A DNA stretch of 59,010 nt, taken from positions 1 to 59,010 of the forward strand of contig JBMNPN010000004.1 in assembly GCA_050943615.1 (NCBI GenBank), read 5' to 3'. Below the pieces are notes generated by a model. That model did not search any database. It was not told where the DNA came from and saw nothing but the letters and a program-made list of their open reading frames with translations. This DNA is from Coriobacteriales bacterium. Lineage in GTDB: Bacteria; Actinomycetota; Coriobacteriia; Coriobacteriales; QAMH01. The position numbers and the translations under genes were made by a program. This document shows positions 17,559-27,059 of this stretch, piece by piece; the stretch's first letter is position 1, and each line of letters starts with the position of its first letter.

Positions 17559-18884
17559 ATGGGCGAGCGTCCGCCGAAGAAAAACCACATCTCCATAGTC
17601 AGCTACATCGCCGGGGCATTCATGCTGACGGCGGCCATGACCGTGCTCATCACGGCAAGCGCGCTCGTCATCGGATACAACATCAACCGCGGGTCCGAGT
17701 TCGGCGACGAGGGGGTCTATTTCGCCCTCATCATCGCCGCGGTCGCCGCGCTGCTGCTCTCCGTCGTGCTCGGGCTCTTCTTTGCCCGCAGCATCGGGCA
17801 GCCCATCCAGAAGATCACCAAGGCGGCCTCCTCCATCAAGGAAGGCGATCTCACGGCGCGCACGAACCTCTTTGGCGATGACGAGCTCTCGCAGCTCGGC
17901 AAGACCTTCGACGAGATGGCGGATTCCATACAGCGCGACCGCGACCTCGAGCGCCAGCTCATCGGAGACGTCGCCCACGAGCTGCGCACGCCGCTCATGG
18001 CCATCCAGGCGACGGTCGAGGCCATTCAAGACGGGGTCTTTCCCGCCGACGAAGAGCACCTGGCGACCATCTCCTCGGAGACGCGGCGCCTGGGGCGCCT
18101 CGTCGAGGCGCTACTGCACCTGAACCGGCTGGAGAACGGAACGGTCGAGGTCAAACGCGAGCTCGTCGACGTGAGCGACCTCGTGAACGACCTCACGCTC
18201 ACCAACGAGGCGCTCGTCGAATCATCCGGCCTCACCTTCGTCTCCGAAATCGAGCCGGAGATAAAGATCATCGGCGATCACGACCTGGTTATGCAGGCTG
18301 TGGCAAACCTGCTCTCCAACGCTGTACGCTACACACCCGAGGGAGGCACCATCACGCTGCGCGCCCGCCGCATCGAGGGCAACGCCTCGATCTCCGTGAC
18401 CGACACTGGCGTCGGGCTTGCCAAAGAGGACCTCGACAAGGTGTTCTCCCGCTTCTGGCGCGCTGACAGCGCCCGCTCCAATATCAGCGGTGGCCTGGGC
18501 ATCGGCCTTGCGCTGGTCAAGGAGGTCGCCGACCAGCACTCCGGCAGCGTTTCCGTCGAGAGCGTTCTCGGCGAGGGGAGCACGTTCACCATCAACATCC
18601 CACTCGCGCGCGAGGACGTTTCGCGCGCTTCAACCGAAAAACAGCCCCGGGCAGCTCGGCGCGTGGCACGCGAGGCCCGCCGCGAGGCAAAGCGCGAGCA
18701 GGACAAGCAGCGAAAGGCCCAGGAAAAGCTCCGCAAGCTGCAGGAGCGCCAGGACAGGGACGCACGTAGGGCTGCCGCACGCGAGCAGAAGAGTGGCATC
18801 AACATCCCCAACCAGCTCACGTTGTTTGGAATTCGCGTGCCGTTACCTAGCAAGAAGGACAATGACGACGATTCGGAATCGTGA
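17559..18884 (+). CDS. Sensor histidine kinase (2 TM, HAMP, HisKA, HATPase) with a charged C-terminal extension
   Basis: H-box VAHELRTPL, NLLSNAVRY, DTGVG, GGLGIGLAL. Confidence 0.95.
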   Translation: MGERPPKKNHISIVSYIAGAFMLTAAMTVLITASALVIGYNINRGSEFGDEGVYFALIIAAVAALLLSVVLGLFFARSIGQPIQKITKAASSIKEGDLTARTNLFGDDELSQLGKTFDEMADSIQRDRDLERQLIGDVAHELRTPLMAIQATVEAIQDGVFPADEEHLATISSETRRLGRLVEALLHLNRLENGTVEVKRELVDVSDLVNDLTLTNEALVESSGLTFVSEIEPEIKIIGDHDLVMQAVANLLSNAVRYTPEGGTITLRARRIEGNASISVTDTGVGLAKEDLDKVFSRFWRADSARSNISGGLGIGLALVKEVADQHSGSVSVESVLGEGSTFTINIPLAREDVSRASTEKQPRAARRVAREARREAKREQDKQRKAQEKLRKLQERQDRDARRAAAREQKSGINIPNQLTLFGIRVPLPSKKDNDDDSES

Positions 18885-18926
18885 AAGCGCCTACAATAGG
18901 CACACATATCGGCAAAGAGCAGGAAG

Positions 18927-19817
18927 GTGTCAGCCTTGAGTGAAATGGCAATGCGCCCTGATTCGCAGGGCAAGGTTCGCGACCTCTACGACCTCGGTGA
19001 CAAGCTCCTCATCGTGGCAAGCGACCGTATCTCGGCGTTCGACTACATTCTGAAAGACGAGATCCCGCACAAGGGCGAGGTCCTGACGCGCATTTCCCTG
19101 TTCTGGTTCGACCTGCTCTCCGACACGATCGACAACCACTTCATCTCGGCAGACGTCGCCGACCTGCCCGATCAGTTCAAGCCGTATGCAGACTATCTTG
19201 CCGGGCGCTTCATGCTCGTCAAGAAGGCCGACATGTTCCCCGTCGAGTGCATCGTGCGCGGCTACCTTGCCGGAAGCGGCCTGAAGGAATACCAGGCTCA
19301 GGGAACGGTCTGCGGAATCGAGCTGCCGGATGGCCTCGTCGAGGCGAGCAAGCTCCCCGAGCCGATCTTCACGCCCTCTACCAAGGCCCAGATCGGCGAT
19401 CACGACGAGAACGTCTCGTACGAGCGAATCGTCGAGATGCTCGGCGAGAAGGATGCCTCCGCGCTGCGCGACGCGTCCCTGAACATCTACAAGACCGCTG
19501 CGGACTATGCCGAAAAACGCGGCATCATCATCGCGGACACGAAGTTCGAGTTTGGCATGGTCGACGGCAAGCTCACCTTGGCCGACGAGGTCATCACGCC
19601 GGACTCCTCGCGGTTCTGGCCGCAGGCAGACTACGAGCCCGGCCGTTCCCAGGCAAGCTTCGACAAGCAGTTCGTGCGCGACTGGCTCCACGCCAACTGG
19701 GACCGCACGGGCGAGCCACCGCGCCTGCCCGCAGACATCATCAAGGCTACCTCGGACAAGTACATCCAGGCCTACGAGCTCATCACGGGCGAGAAGTTCG
19801 TCCCGGCGAGCGCATAG
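18927..19817 (+). CDS. purC: SAICAR synthase
   Basis: GKVRDLY, ECIVRGYLAGSG, IADTKFEFG, DEVITPDSSRFW and DKQFVR motifs. Confidence 0.97.
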   Translation: MSALSEMAMRPDSQGKVRDLYDLGDKLLIVASDRISAFDYILKDEIPHKGEVLTRISLFWFDLLSDTIDNHFISADVADLPDQFKPYADYLAGRFMLVKKADMFPVECIVRGYLAGSGLKEYQAQGTVCGIELPDGLVEASKLPEPIFTPSTKAQIGDHDENVSYERIVEMLGEKDASALRDASLNIYKTAADYAEKRGIIIADTKFEFGMVDGKLTLADEVITPDSSRFWPQADYEPGRSQASFDKQFVRDWLHANWDRTGEPPRLPADIIKATSDKYIQAYELITGEKFVPASA

Positions 19818-19868
19818 GCGTACACCCGAACGATTGAAGACACGAGTTTTTGGAAGGCACCCAGCACT

Positions 19869-20516
19869 ATGACGCAACGCAATCCCCTGAACCCCCGTAA
19901 CCAGAACAAGCCCAAGGGCAGCACCCGCAAGTCGGCAAGTTCGGCAAAGCCGGTCAGGGAGGCTGCCTCCTCGGTTCGCTCCGCACCGGCACCGACGTCC
20001 AGAAAGCAACGTCAGCAGGAGAAGAAGGAGCATCAGGCGGCAGACCGCGCCGAGCGCCAGCAGGAGCGCCGCCGCGAGCAGGTGCTCACCGCCGAGGCCA
20101 TGCGCGGCGAGGAATACAAGAAGTGGCGCAAGCAGTGGTGGATCGTCATCGTCATCGCCATTGTGGGCGTCGGGCTTTCGTGGCTGTTCTCCGCGGGCGT
20201 CAGAAACGGCGTGCTGCCGGAGAGCTTCTCCCAGTACTCCAACGCCGTCTCCATCATCGGCCTCATCATCGGCTACGGCGGCATCATCTACGCCTTCTAC
20301 ATCGACTTCAAGAAGATCAGGCCCATACGAAAGGCCCAGGAGCAGCGTGCCCGCAACCTCACCAAGAAGGAGCGCGAGCAGTTGGATGCCGCCATCGCGG
20401 AAAGCGAGGCGGCCTATGAGGCAGAGGCATCCAACAAGAACGGGTCGAAGCTTCCCTGGAACCGCAAGAAGAAGGCCGACGAGGATTCCGAGCCGGCCGA
20501 GGCCGAGACCAAGTAG
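19869..20516 (+). CDS. Hypothetical membrane protein (basic N-terminus, 2 TM)
   Basis: 215-aa ORF with two hydrophobic segments, tightly packed between purC and the amidohydrolase gene. Confidence 0.75.
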   Translation: MTQRNPLNPRNQNKPKGSTRKSASSAKPVREAASSVRSAPAPTSRKQRQQEKKEHQAADRAERQQERRREQVLTAEAMRGEEYKKWRKQWWIVIVIAIVGVGLSWLFSAGVRNGVLPESFSQYSNAVSIIGLIIGYGGIIYAFYIDFKKIRPIRKAQEQRARNLTKKEREQLDAAIAESEAAYEAEASNKNGSKLPWNRKKKADEDSEPAEAETK

Positions 20517-20528
20517 CGAGGAGCCACC

Positions 20529-21968
20529 ATGCTGTACACCGCAAAATACGTATTACCGGTAACCTCGCAGTTCATCGAGGATGGCGCCGTGCTCGTGCAA
20601 GACGACAGGATCTCCGATGTGGGGCCCGCTGCCTTCCTCAAGGCGAAGTACCCCAACGAGGAGGTGCGCGATTTCGGCCTTGCCGCCCTCATGCCGGGCT
20701 TCATCGACTGCCATACGCACCTGGGCTACACCGCCCTGCGCGGCATGGTCGATGACAAGCCGTACGCGGAGTGGAAGCGCGAGGTGCTGCAGGTCGAGCC
20801 CTTTTTCTCGGACGAGGACTGGGTCACCTCGGCGCGCATCGGCGCACTCGAGGCCGTCGCGAGCGGCATAACGACCATCGCCGACATCACTTCCACAGGC
20901 TGCTCGGCCGTTGCGGCAGACGAGATCGGCCTGCGCGGGCGCATCTACGCCGAGGTCATGACGACCAAGGGTGACCGTGCCCAGGCGGTCGTCGACGAGG
21001 GCGCAGACGAAATCGAGTCGTGGAAATCGAAGGTGGGATCCGACCTGCTGGACTTTGGCATCGCGCCGGGCCCACTCTATGCCTGCCATCCCAAAGTACT
21101 CGCGACTATCGCGGATTATGCAACTACGAATAAGGTGCCCGTTGCCATGCACCTGGCCGGGAGCCATGAGGAGGAAGATTTCATCCGCTATGGCTCCTCT
21201 CCCTTTGGCGTCCACGCGAGTGAATCCGAGCATCGGCTGAGCGGGGCCTTTCCTCCGTGGCTTCCCGCCGGCACCTCCCCGGTCCAGTACGTCGTCAACT
21301 GGGACATCCTCGATGTGCCCGAGCTGCTTGCCGTGCACTGCGTGCACGTCGACGAGCAGGACATCAAGACGCTTGCCGACCGCAATGTCGCCATCGCCTA
21401 CTGCCCGCGCGTGAACGCCAAGCTCGGCATGGGCTCGGCCCCGATCGTGAAGTTTCTGGCGGCCGGTCTGCGCGTCGGCCTGGGAACGGACTCGCCGGCA
21501 GCCGTCGACACCACCGACGTCATCGACGAGATGCGCACGGGCCTGATGATAGCCCGCGCGACCTCTCCCGACCCGCGTCTGCATATGAGCGGACGGGATG
21601 CACTGCACCTGGCGACAATCGATGCGGCGCGCGCCCTTGGCATGGACGACGAGATCGGCTCGCTCGAACCGGGCAAGAAGGCCGATATCATCGCGATTGA
21701 CATGCACAACTCGCACCAGAACCCGACGAGCAACCCGCAGAGCGCTATCATATACACCTGCAACCAGGATAATGTGATGTTCTCCATGATCGACGGCCGT
21801 GTCCTGTACGATAACTTCACCCACGTCTCCGGCGTCGACCGCGACAGTATCGTCGGCGCCGCACGCGAGCTGCGCAAGCGCGTGAAGCTGCAGATCCAGG
21901 ACTCGGGTCTGCACGACGAGCTCGTGAGCCGCGCGAAAGAAGACCGCCGCGACCGCTACAACCGATAG
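20529..21968 (+). CDS. Metal-dependent amidohydrolase (MTA/SAH deaminase-like, subtype uncertain)
   Basis: PGFIDCHTH, AVHCVH, LGTDS, GSLEPGKKADII motifs. Confidence 0.88.
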   Translation: MLYTAKYVLPVTSQFIEDGAVLVQDDRISDVGPAAFLKAKYPNEEVRDFGLAALMPGFIDCHTHLGYTALRGMVDDKPYAEWKREVLQVEPFFSDEDWVTSARIGALEAVASGITTIADITSTGCSAVAADEIGLRGRIYAEVMTTKGDRAQAVVDEGADEIESWKSKVGSDLLDFGIAPGPLYACHPKVLATIADYATTNKVPVAMHLAGSHEEEDFIRYGSSPFGVHASESEHRLSGAFPPWLPAGTSPVQYVVNWDILDVPELLAVHCVHVDEQDIKTLADRNVAIAYCPRVNAKLGMGSAPIVKFLAAGLRVGLGTDSPAAVDTTDVIDEMRTGLMIARATSPDPRLHMSGRDALHLATIDAARALGMDDEIGSLEPGKKADIIAIDMHNSHQNPTSNPQSAIIYTCNQDNVMFSMIDGRVLYDNFTHVSGVDRDSIVGAARELRKRVKLQIQDSGLHDELVSRAKEDRRDRYNR

Positions 21969-22041
21969 ACCGAGATACGACGAGAAGAGGAACCGGGCGA
22001 AACGGCCCTTTGGCACGAAAGCAAGATAGTAGGTAGGTACC

Positions 22042-22227
22042 ATGGCATCAAAGAACGACCACAAGAAGACCCAGCAGGAAAAGATCGAGGCCGAGCGCGC
22101 CGCCGCGGCAAAGCTCGAGCGCGCCGAGAAGCGCAAGCGCATGTGGATGACTATCTTCGTCGTCATCCTGTGCGTGCTGCTCATCTTTGCCTTCTGCTTC
22201 CCGTCCCTTTCCGTGCTCCTCTCGTAA
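22042..22227 (+). CDS. Small single-TM membrane protein (61 aa)
   Basis: RBS-like AGGTAGG before ATG; charged helical N-terminus followed by one hydrophobic helix. Confidence 0.7.
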   Translation: MASKNDHKKTQQEKIEAERAAAAKLERAEKRKRMWMTIFVVILCVLLIFAFCFPSLSVLLS

Positions 22228-22252
22228 GGACGGGCATCTATCTGCGATGACT

Positions 22253-22288
22253 GTGCGGGGCGGCGGCTTCCATGTCGCTGCCCCGCAC
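22253..22288 (+). terminator. GC-rich hairpin after the small gene
   Basis: GTGCGGGGCGGCGGC/GTCGCTGCCCCGCAC arms; no T tail. Confidence 0.45.
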
Positions 22289-22551
22289 GCGTGCTGCCCG
22301 CTCGCAGGTTTCGATCGGGGCGGCAGTGCAGCTCGCGCCTTTCTCGATGCGCCTTGCGTGGGCGTGCGCTCCTGTAGCCGCCCGTTGCGTGTCCAAAATT
22401 CTCACTATTGAAATAACAGCCCGCTGACCTGCATTTGTCTGAGAACTTCTGGGTTTTTGGTCAGATTGCGGGGGTGGTTTTTGTCGGTGCCCCTTGGGCA
22501 GAATCCCTCTTGCGCGATGTCGATACGGCACCGGAGAGGGGATGCTCGCAT

Positions 22552-23208
22552 ATGGGAAAGCAGAAACGACAAATCGTGATCGCGGCCGTCTGCGCATGTC
22601 TGGCCGTCATATGCGTTTTCGCCTATACGGCGAGCATCAAATCAGAGGCGTCGGTTGCGCGTGCCGCGAGCCTCGAGCATTACGGAGGCGAGCGGGTCCA
22701 GGTGGTCGTTGCCACCGAGGACATCCCCGTCGGACACGAGGTCGATCAGGCCAATGCCAAGGTGCAGGACTGGCTGGTCGATCTCTTGCCCCAGGGCGAG
22801 CCCGCGACCTCGCTCGACCAGGTGTCCGGCAAAGTCGCCCAGGTCGACATCGCAAAGAACGAGCCGGTGCTCTTGGGCCGCGTGGGTCAGGGCGCCTCGC
22901 GAATCTCGGTGCCCAAGGGCCTGTCTGCGGTGAGCGTGTCCTCGGATGACGTGCTCGCCGTCGGCGGCGCAATCAAGGCCGGCTCGTTCGTCGATGTCTA
23001 CGTCGAGAACGCAAAGGGGACAGTCGAGCGTCTCGGCGAGAAGATCCTCGTGCTCGAGACGAGCTCTGTGGAATCGGACGAAAAGGAGAAGATCAGCTGG
23101 GTCACGCTCGCCGTGACACCCGAAAGCGTCGAGGAACTCATCTACGCGTCGACCAAGGGCACGATTCACTTCGTATTGCCGGGAAGTTCCGGGGAGGCGG
23201 ATTCGTGA
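22552..23208 (+). CDS. cpaB: Flp pilus assembly protein CpaB (SAF and RcpC domains)
   Basis: N-terminal TM, VVVATEDIPVG SAF motif, AVGGAIKAGSFVDV, and VTLAVTPE. Confidence 0.88.
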   Translation: MGKQKRQIVIAAVCACLAVICVFAYTASIKSEASVARAASLEHYGGERVQVVVATEDIPVGHEVDQANAKVQDWLVDLLPQGEPATSLDQVSGKVAQVDIAKNEPVLLGRVGQGASRISVPKGLSAVSVSSDDVLAVGGAIKAGSFVDVYVENAKGTVERLGEKILVLETSSVESDEKEKISWVTLAVTPESVEELIYASTKGTIHFVLPGSSGEADS

Positions 23209-23987
23209 TGAGCGTCTCTTCAGCACACGGTCAGCGCGCCCCGCTCATCGTCTTCGCTTCTGCCAGCGGTGGCGTGGGCAAGAGCGCGGTCTCACTTGCC
23301 CTGGGGCAGCTTGCCTCACGGGCGAAGATAAAGACCTGCCTGCTCGAGGCGGATCTGCAGTTCGGGGACTGGGGCTTTTGGCTGGGACTTGCCGATGCCC
23401 CGCAAGACGCAGCGCTCCCCGCGGGGCTGAGCCTCCATATGCTCTCGAATGCGCTCGATGTATATCGGGCGCCCGAGTTTCCCGAGGTCGCAGAGGAGGC
23501 CTCGGACGCGGTCGCTGCTTCTCTCGACGAGCTCATCGGGGGTTACGACCTTGCCATTGCCGATACCGGGCAGTACTGGTCGGGGCTTACTGGCGCGCTC
23601 GTCTGCAGTGCCGATCTCATCGTTGTGATGTTCGATCAGCGCCCGTCGTCTTTGGCAGGGGCCGTGCGCGTGCAGGAGCTCCTTGGCCGCATGGGCGTTG
23701 TGCAGAGCCGCTGCGTCTACGTCTACAACCATTACGGTGCCCGTGCCAAGTTCAGGGCTTCGGAAGCCAGAAAGGCACTCGATTCAGAAGAGCTCGTCTG
23801 CATTCCCGATGCCAAGGGCAAGCCCGATACGTTTCTGTGCCGGGGCGATCTAGAGGGGCTGCTGCAGGGCTGCGACTCGTTTGCGCATGGTGTCGAGCAC
23901 CTTGCGCGCGTCTGCCTGCCTCCGCTTGGAATCGTGTACGCGCCTTCGGTATCCCGTGGCATGCGGCAGGGGAGGTGGCAGTCATGA
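23205..23987 (+). CDS. CpaE/TadZ-like MinD/ParA-family ATPase
   Basis: Deviant Walker A SGGVGKS, LLEADLQFG, position within the tad cluster. Confidence 0.82.
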   Translation: MMSVSSAHGQRAPLIVFASASGGVGKSAVSLALGQLASRAKIKTCLLEADLQFGDWGFWLGLADAPQDAALPAGLSLHMLSNALDVYRAPEFPEVAEEASDAVAASLDELIGGYDLAIADTGQYWSGLTGALVCSADLIVVMFDQRPSSLAGAVRVQELLGRMGVVQSRCVYVYNHYGARAKFRASEARKALDSEELVCIPDAKGKPDTFLCRGDLEGLLQGCDSFAHGVEHLARVCLPPLGIVYAPSVSRGMRQGRWQS

Positions 23988-25324
23988 GACTCGCTGACTA
24001 CGTATCGGCTCCTCCCGAAAAGCGCATGGAAGAGGAACGTCGCTCGGCGTTTGACCTCGAAGAGCTCGAGGGGAGGCTCCGCGAGCTCCTCTATGCCGAG
24101 GTCTCAAGCGAGCGCATCGCGCAATTGCTCGAGCGGGGGCGCACGCAGGCGCGCCGGGAGCTTGCCGCCACATCCGAGCAGATCATGCGCGCCAATGGGT
24201 TTCCAGAGCTCGACGATACGACGCGTGCGCGTCTGGTAGCAGAGGTGCTCGACATGGTGCTCGGCCTGGGACCGCTCGAGCCGTTGCTCGCCGATTCCAC
24301 AGTGACCGAGATTATGGTGAACGGGCCGCGTTCTATTTTCTTCGAGCGCGATGGCATCGTGCACAAAAGCTCCGAGAGCTTTGCCTCCGAGGCCCAGCTG
24401 CGTCTGGTCGTCGACCGTATCGTGTCCCCGTTGGGGCGACGCGTCGACGAGCAATGCCCGTATGTCAACGCGCGCCTGCCCGAAGGGCACCGTGTCAACG
24501 TGGTCATACCGCCGCTGTCCCTGGTGGGCACGGTCGTGACGATACGGAAGTTCCGTGCGCGTGCGTTCACTCTCCCGGAACTTGTCGAACTCGGAACGCT
24601 CGACGATGCGCTCGCGCAGTTCCTGCGCTGGGCGGTGCGCGCGCGAAAGAACCTTGCCGTATCGGGTGGGACGGGCAGCGGAAAGACGACGCTGCTCAAC
24701 GCGCTCTCCCGCGAGATTCCCTTTGACGAGCGCATCATAACCATCGAGGATTCCGCTGAGCTCAGGTTCGACCAGCACCCTCATGTCGTCAGGCTCGAGG
24801 CGAGGCTCGCCAACGCCGAGGGCAAGGGAGAGGTGACGATCAGAGAACTCGTCGTGAACTCCCTGCGCATGCGTCCCGACCGCATCATCGTCGGAGAATG
24901 CAGGGGTCCCGAGGCTGCCGACATGCTGCAGGCGATGACTTCCGGACACGAGGGCTCGCTCACGACGCTTCATGCCAATTCTCCTGCCGAGGTCGTCTCG
25001 CGCCTCGTGATGATGGTGCGCTATGGCATGGACCTGCCTGTCGAGGCGATACGCGAGCAGATTGCCTCGGCTCTTGACCTCGTGGTCCAGCAAGACCGCA
25101 TGCCGGACGGGGGCAGGCGCATCACCAGGGCCGTTCAGCGGAACCTGAGCTGGCGTGCGGGCGATAGCCCCGACGAGATCTTCGAGCCGGTCGTCTACTG
25201 GGACCGCCATGACAAGCGCTACGTCTGGCAGACGGTCCCGAGCTGGATCGACGAGCTCGTGTGGAACGGGACCGCGACCAAGGAGGAGGTGAGCTCATGG
25301 CTGCAGGAAGTGCGCTCCTCTTGA
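23984..25324 (+). CDS. cpaF: Tad pilus assembly ATPase CpaF/TadA
   Basis: GLGPLEPLL, EIMVNG, Walker A SGGTGSGKTT, LRMRPDRIIVGECRG, GHEGSLTTLHA; GGAGG RBS before ATG 23984. Confidence 0.95.
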   Translation: MRLADYVSAPPEKRMEEERRSAFDLEELEGRLRELLYAEVSSERIAQLLERGRTQARRELAATSEQIMRANGFPELDDTTRARLVAEVLDMVLGLGPLEPLLADSTVTEIMVNGPRSIFFERDGIVHKSSESFASEAQLRLVVDRIVSPLGRRVDEQCPYVNARLPEGHRVNVVIPPLSLVGTVVTIRKFRARAFTLPELVELGTLDDALAQFLRWAVRARKNLAVSGGTGSGKTTLLNALSREIPFDERIITIEDSAELRFDQHPHVVRLEARLANAEGKGEVTIRELVVNSLRMRPDRIIVGECRGPEAADMLQAMTSGHEGSLTTLHANSPAEVVSRLVMMVRYGMDLPVEAIREQIASALDLVVQQDRMPDGGRRITRAVQRNLSWRAGDSPDEIFEPVVYWDRHDKRYVWQTVPSWIDELVWNGTATKEEVSSWLQEVRSS

Positions 25325-26076
25325 TTGCCGCATTGGCGTCGAGCGGAGTCTGTGCATTCAATCTCGTCCGCTGTCTGCTGCAGCTCTTCTGCTCATGGGG
25401 ACCATGGAACCGTGCTGCGCTGCGGACGGCGTTGAGCAGGGCGCTCGATGTCGTCGCGCGCGTGCACGTCATCGAGCGGATGAGCAAGCGGGCCCAGGCG
25501 CGCAGGCGCGCGGCTGCCTTCGAGCAGGCGATGCCCGAGGCGCTACGGCTCCTTTCCGTTGCGCTCGATTCCGGTTCCTCTCTCGTGCACGCGCTCGAGT
25601 ACACGGCAGATAACTGCGATGAGCCGCTTGCCTCCGAACTCAAGCGCACGGTTTGGGACCTTCAGGCAGGGCAGGGCTTCGATGAGGCGATGGAGGGCCT
25701 TCGCTCGCGGACGGGAGGAACGGAGTTCTCCTATCTGGCGGTGGCGATGGAGATACAGCATCGGGCGGGAAGCAGCATGGGACGCGTGCTCGGCACGGTC
25801 TCCGAGCAGCTCAAACGCTCGCGCAAACTTTCCGATGAGCTCAAGACCAAGACGGCGCAGGGAAGACTCTCGGCGCGTATCGTGGTCGCGCTGCCCCTGC
25901 TGGTCCTTGCCGTGGTCTCGCTCTTTTCGCCTGGCTACCTGGCAGTTTTCTTCACGAGTCCGCTGGGCGCGTTTCTGCTCGTCGTTGCCTGTCTGCTCGA
26001 GGCGCTGGGAATCGTGATGCTGCGCAGGATTCTCTCACCCGACCTTTCCCGGCGAACGGGAGGTGCATGGAAGTGA
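25297..26076 (+). CDS. tadB: TadB-like T2SSF-domain membrane protein
   Basis: MPEALRLL..ALDSGSS, KTKTAQGRLSARIV, and TM helices; lies downstream of cpaF. Confidence 0.85.
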   Translation: MAAGSALLLIAALASSGVCAFNLVRCLLQLFCSWGPWNRAALRTALSRALDVVARVHVIERMSKRAQARRRAAAFEQAMPEALRLLSVALDSGSSLVHALEYTADNCDEPLASELKRTVWDLQAGQGFDEAMEGLRSRTGGTEFSYLAVAMEIQHRAGSSMGRVLGTVSEQLKRSRKLSDELKTKTAQGRLSARIVVALPLLVLAVVSLFSPGYLAVFFTSPLGAFLLVVACLLEALGIVMLRRILSPDLSRRTGGAWK

Positions 26077-26813
26077 GCACGGTGCTGCAGATTCTCAGCT
26101 GCTTTTTCGCCTTCGCTGCGGTGTATCGCTTCGCGGTGCTGGTCCAGGACAGGGTCTCAAGTCTCATGCGCCCTGCCAAGGACCTCGAGCTTGCCGAGGT
26201 ACTCCAGGACCGCGTGCTCTGCTTCACGATCCTTGCGGCTTGCGGCCTGGTCGCTTCTGCAGCGTCGAGCTGGTGGGCGCTCGTGCCCTGCCTTGCCTTT
26301 GCCGCTGTTGCCTCGGGGCGAGCACCCCAGCTGCTGGAGCGGCAAGAGCACGAGCAGCGTCGGCGTGCCATTGACGCCGAGCTCGATGTGCTGTCGGACA
26401 CGATCTCCATGGGGGTGAAGTCGGGGCTTTCGTTTGATGCGGCGCTCGAGCTGTACTGCACGAGGTTCTCTGGGCCGCTTGCCCAAGAGCTCGAGAAAGC
26501 ACGCCTGGTCTGGGAAAACGGCCTCGCCTCGCGCAGGCGCGCCCTGCAGGACATGTCACGGCGGGTGGGATCGAAGGAGCTGACGCGCTTTTGCGGCACG
26601 GTGCTCCAGGCGCTCGAGCGCGGAGCGCCTCTGTCCGCGATGCTCGATGCCTTCAGCGAGGACCTGCGCGACGAGCGCCAGGCCGAGCTCGAAGAGCGCG
26701 TCGAGAAAGTGCCGGTCAAGATGCTCGTTCCCACGGGTACCTGCATCTTGCCCGCCATGCTCATCTTGGTAATGGGGCCCGCGCTCGTCCAGTTTTTGCA
26801 GAATGGAACATGA
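26067..26813 (+). CDS. tadC: TadC-like T2SSF-domain membrane protein
   Basis: GVKSGLSFDAAL, ERVEKVPVKMLVP...ILPAML motifs. Confidence 0.85.
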   Translation: MEVSTVLQILSCFFAFAAVYRFAVLVQDRVSSLMRPAKDLELAEVLQDRVLCFTILAACGLVASAASSWWALVPCLAFAAVASGRAPQLLERQEHEQRRRAIDAELDVLSDTISMGVKSGLSFDAALELYCTRFSGPLAQELEKARLVWENGLASRRRALQDMSRRVGSKELTRFCGTVLQALERGAPLSAMLDAFSEDLRDERQAELEERVEKVPVKMLVPTGTCILPAMLILVMGPALVQFLQNGT

Positions 26814-26827
26814 GAAGGGAAAAGAAG

Positions 26828-27034
26828 ATGAAACGAATCGGAGCAATTTCGCAGAATGCATGTGCATACCTATCGGCTCGTCTGTGCTGCCTTAGGGAAG
26901 AGGGGCAGGGGACAACGGAATACGCGATTCTCGTTGGCGTGCTCGCAGTTATCGCCATGATTGCCATCGTCGCCTTCAAGGACAAGGTGTCAGAGCTTTG
27001 GAATGCGATCAAAGATGGCATCAACGGGCTCTGA
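26828..27034 (+). CDS. flp: Flp/Fap major pilin
   Basis: Class III signal EEG/QGTTEY followed by a hydrophobic helix; 68 aa. Confidence 0.9.
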   Translation: MKRIGAISQNACAYLSARLCCLREEGQGTTEYAILVGVLAVIAMIAIVAFKDKVSELWNAIKDGINGL

Positions 27035-27059
27035 GCGCAAATGGATACGGCAGCTCCGG

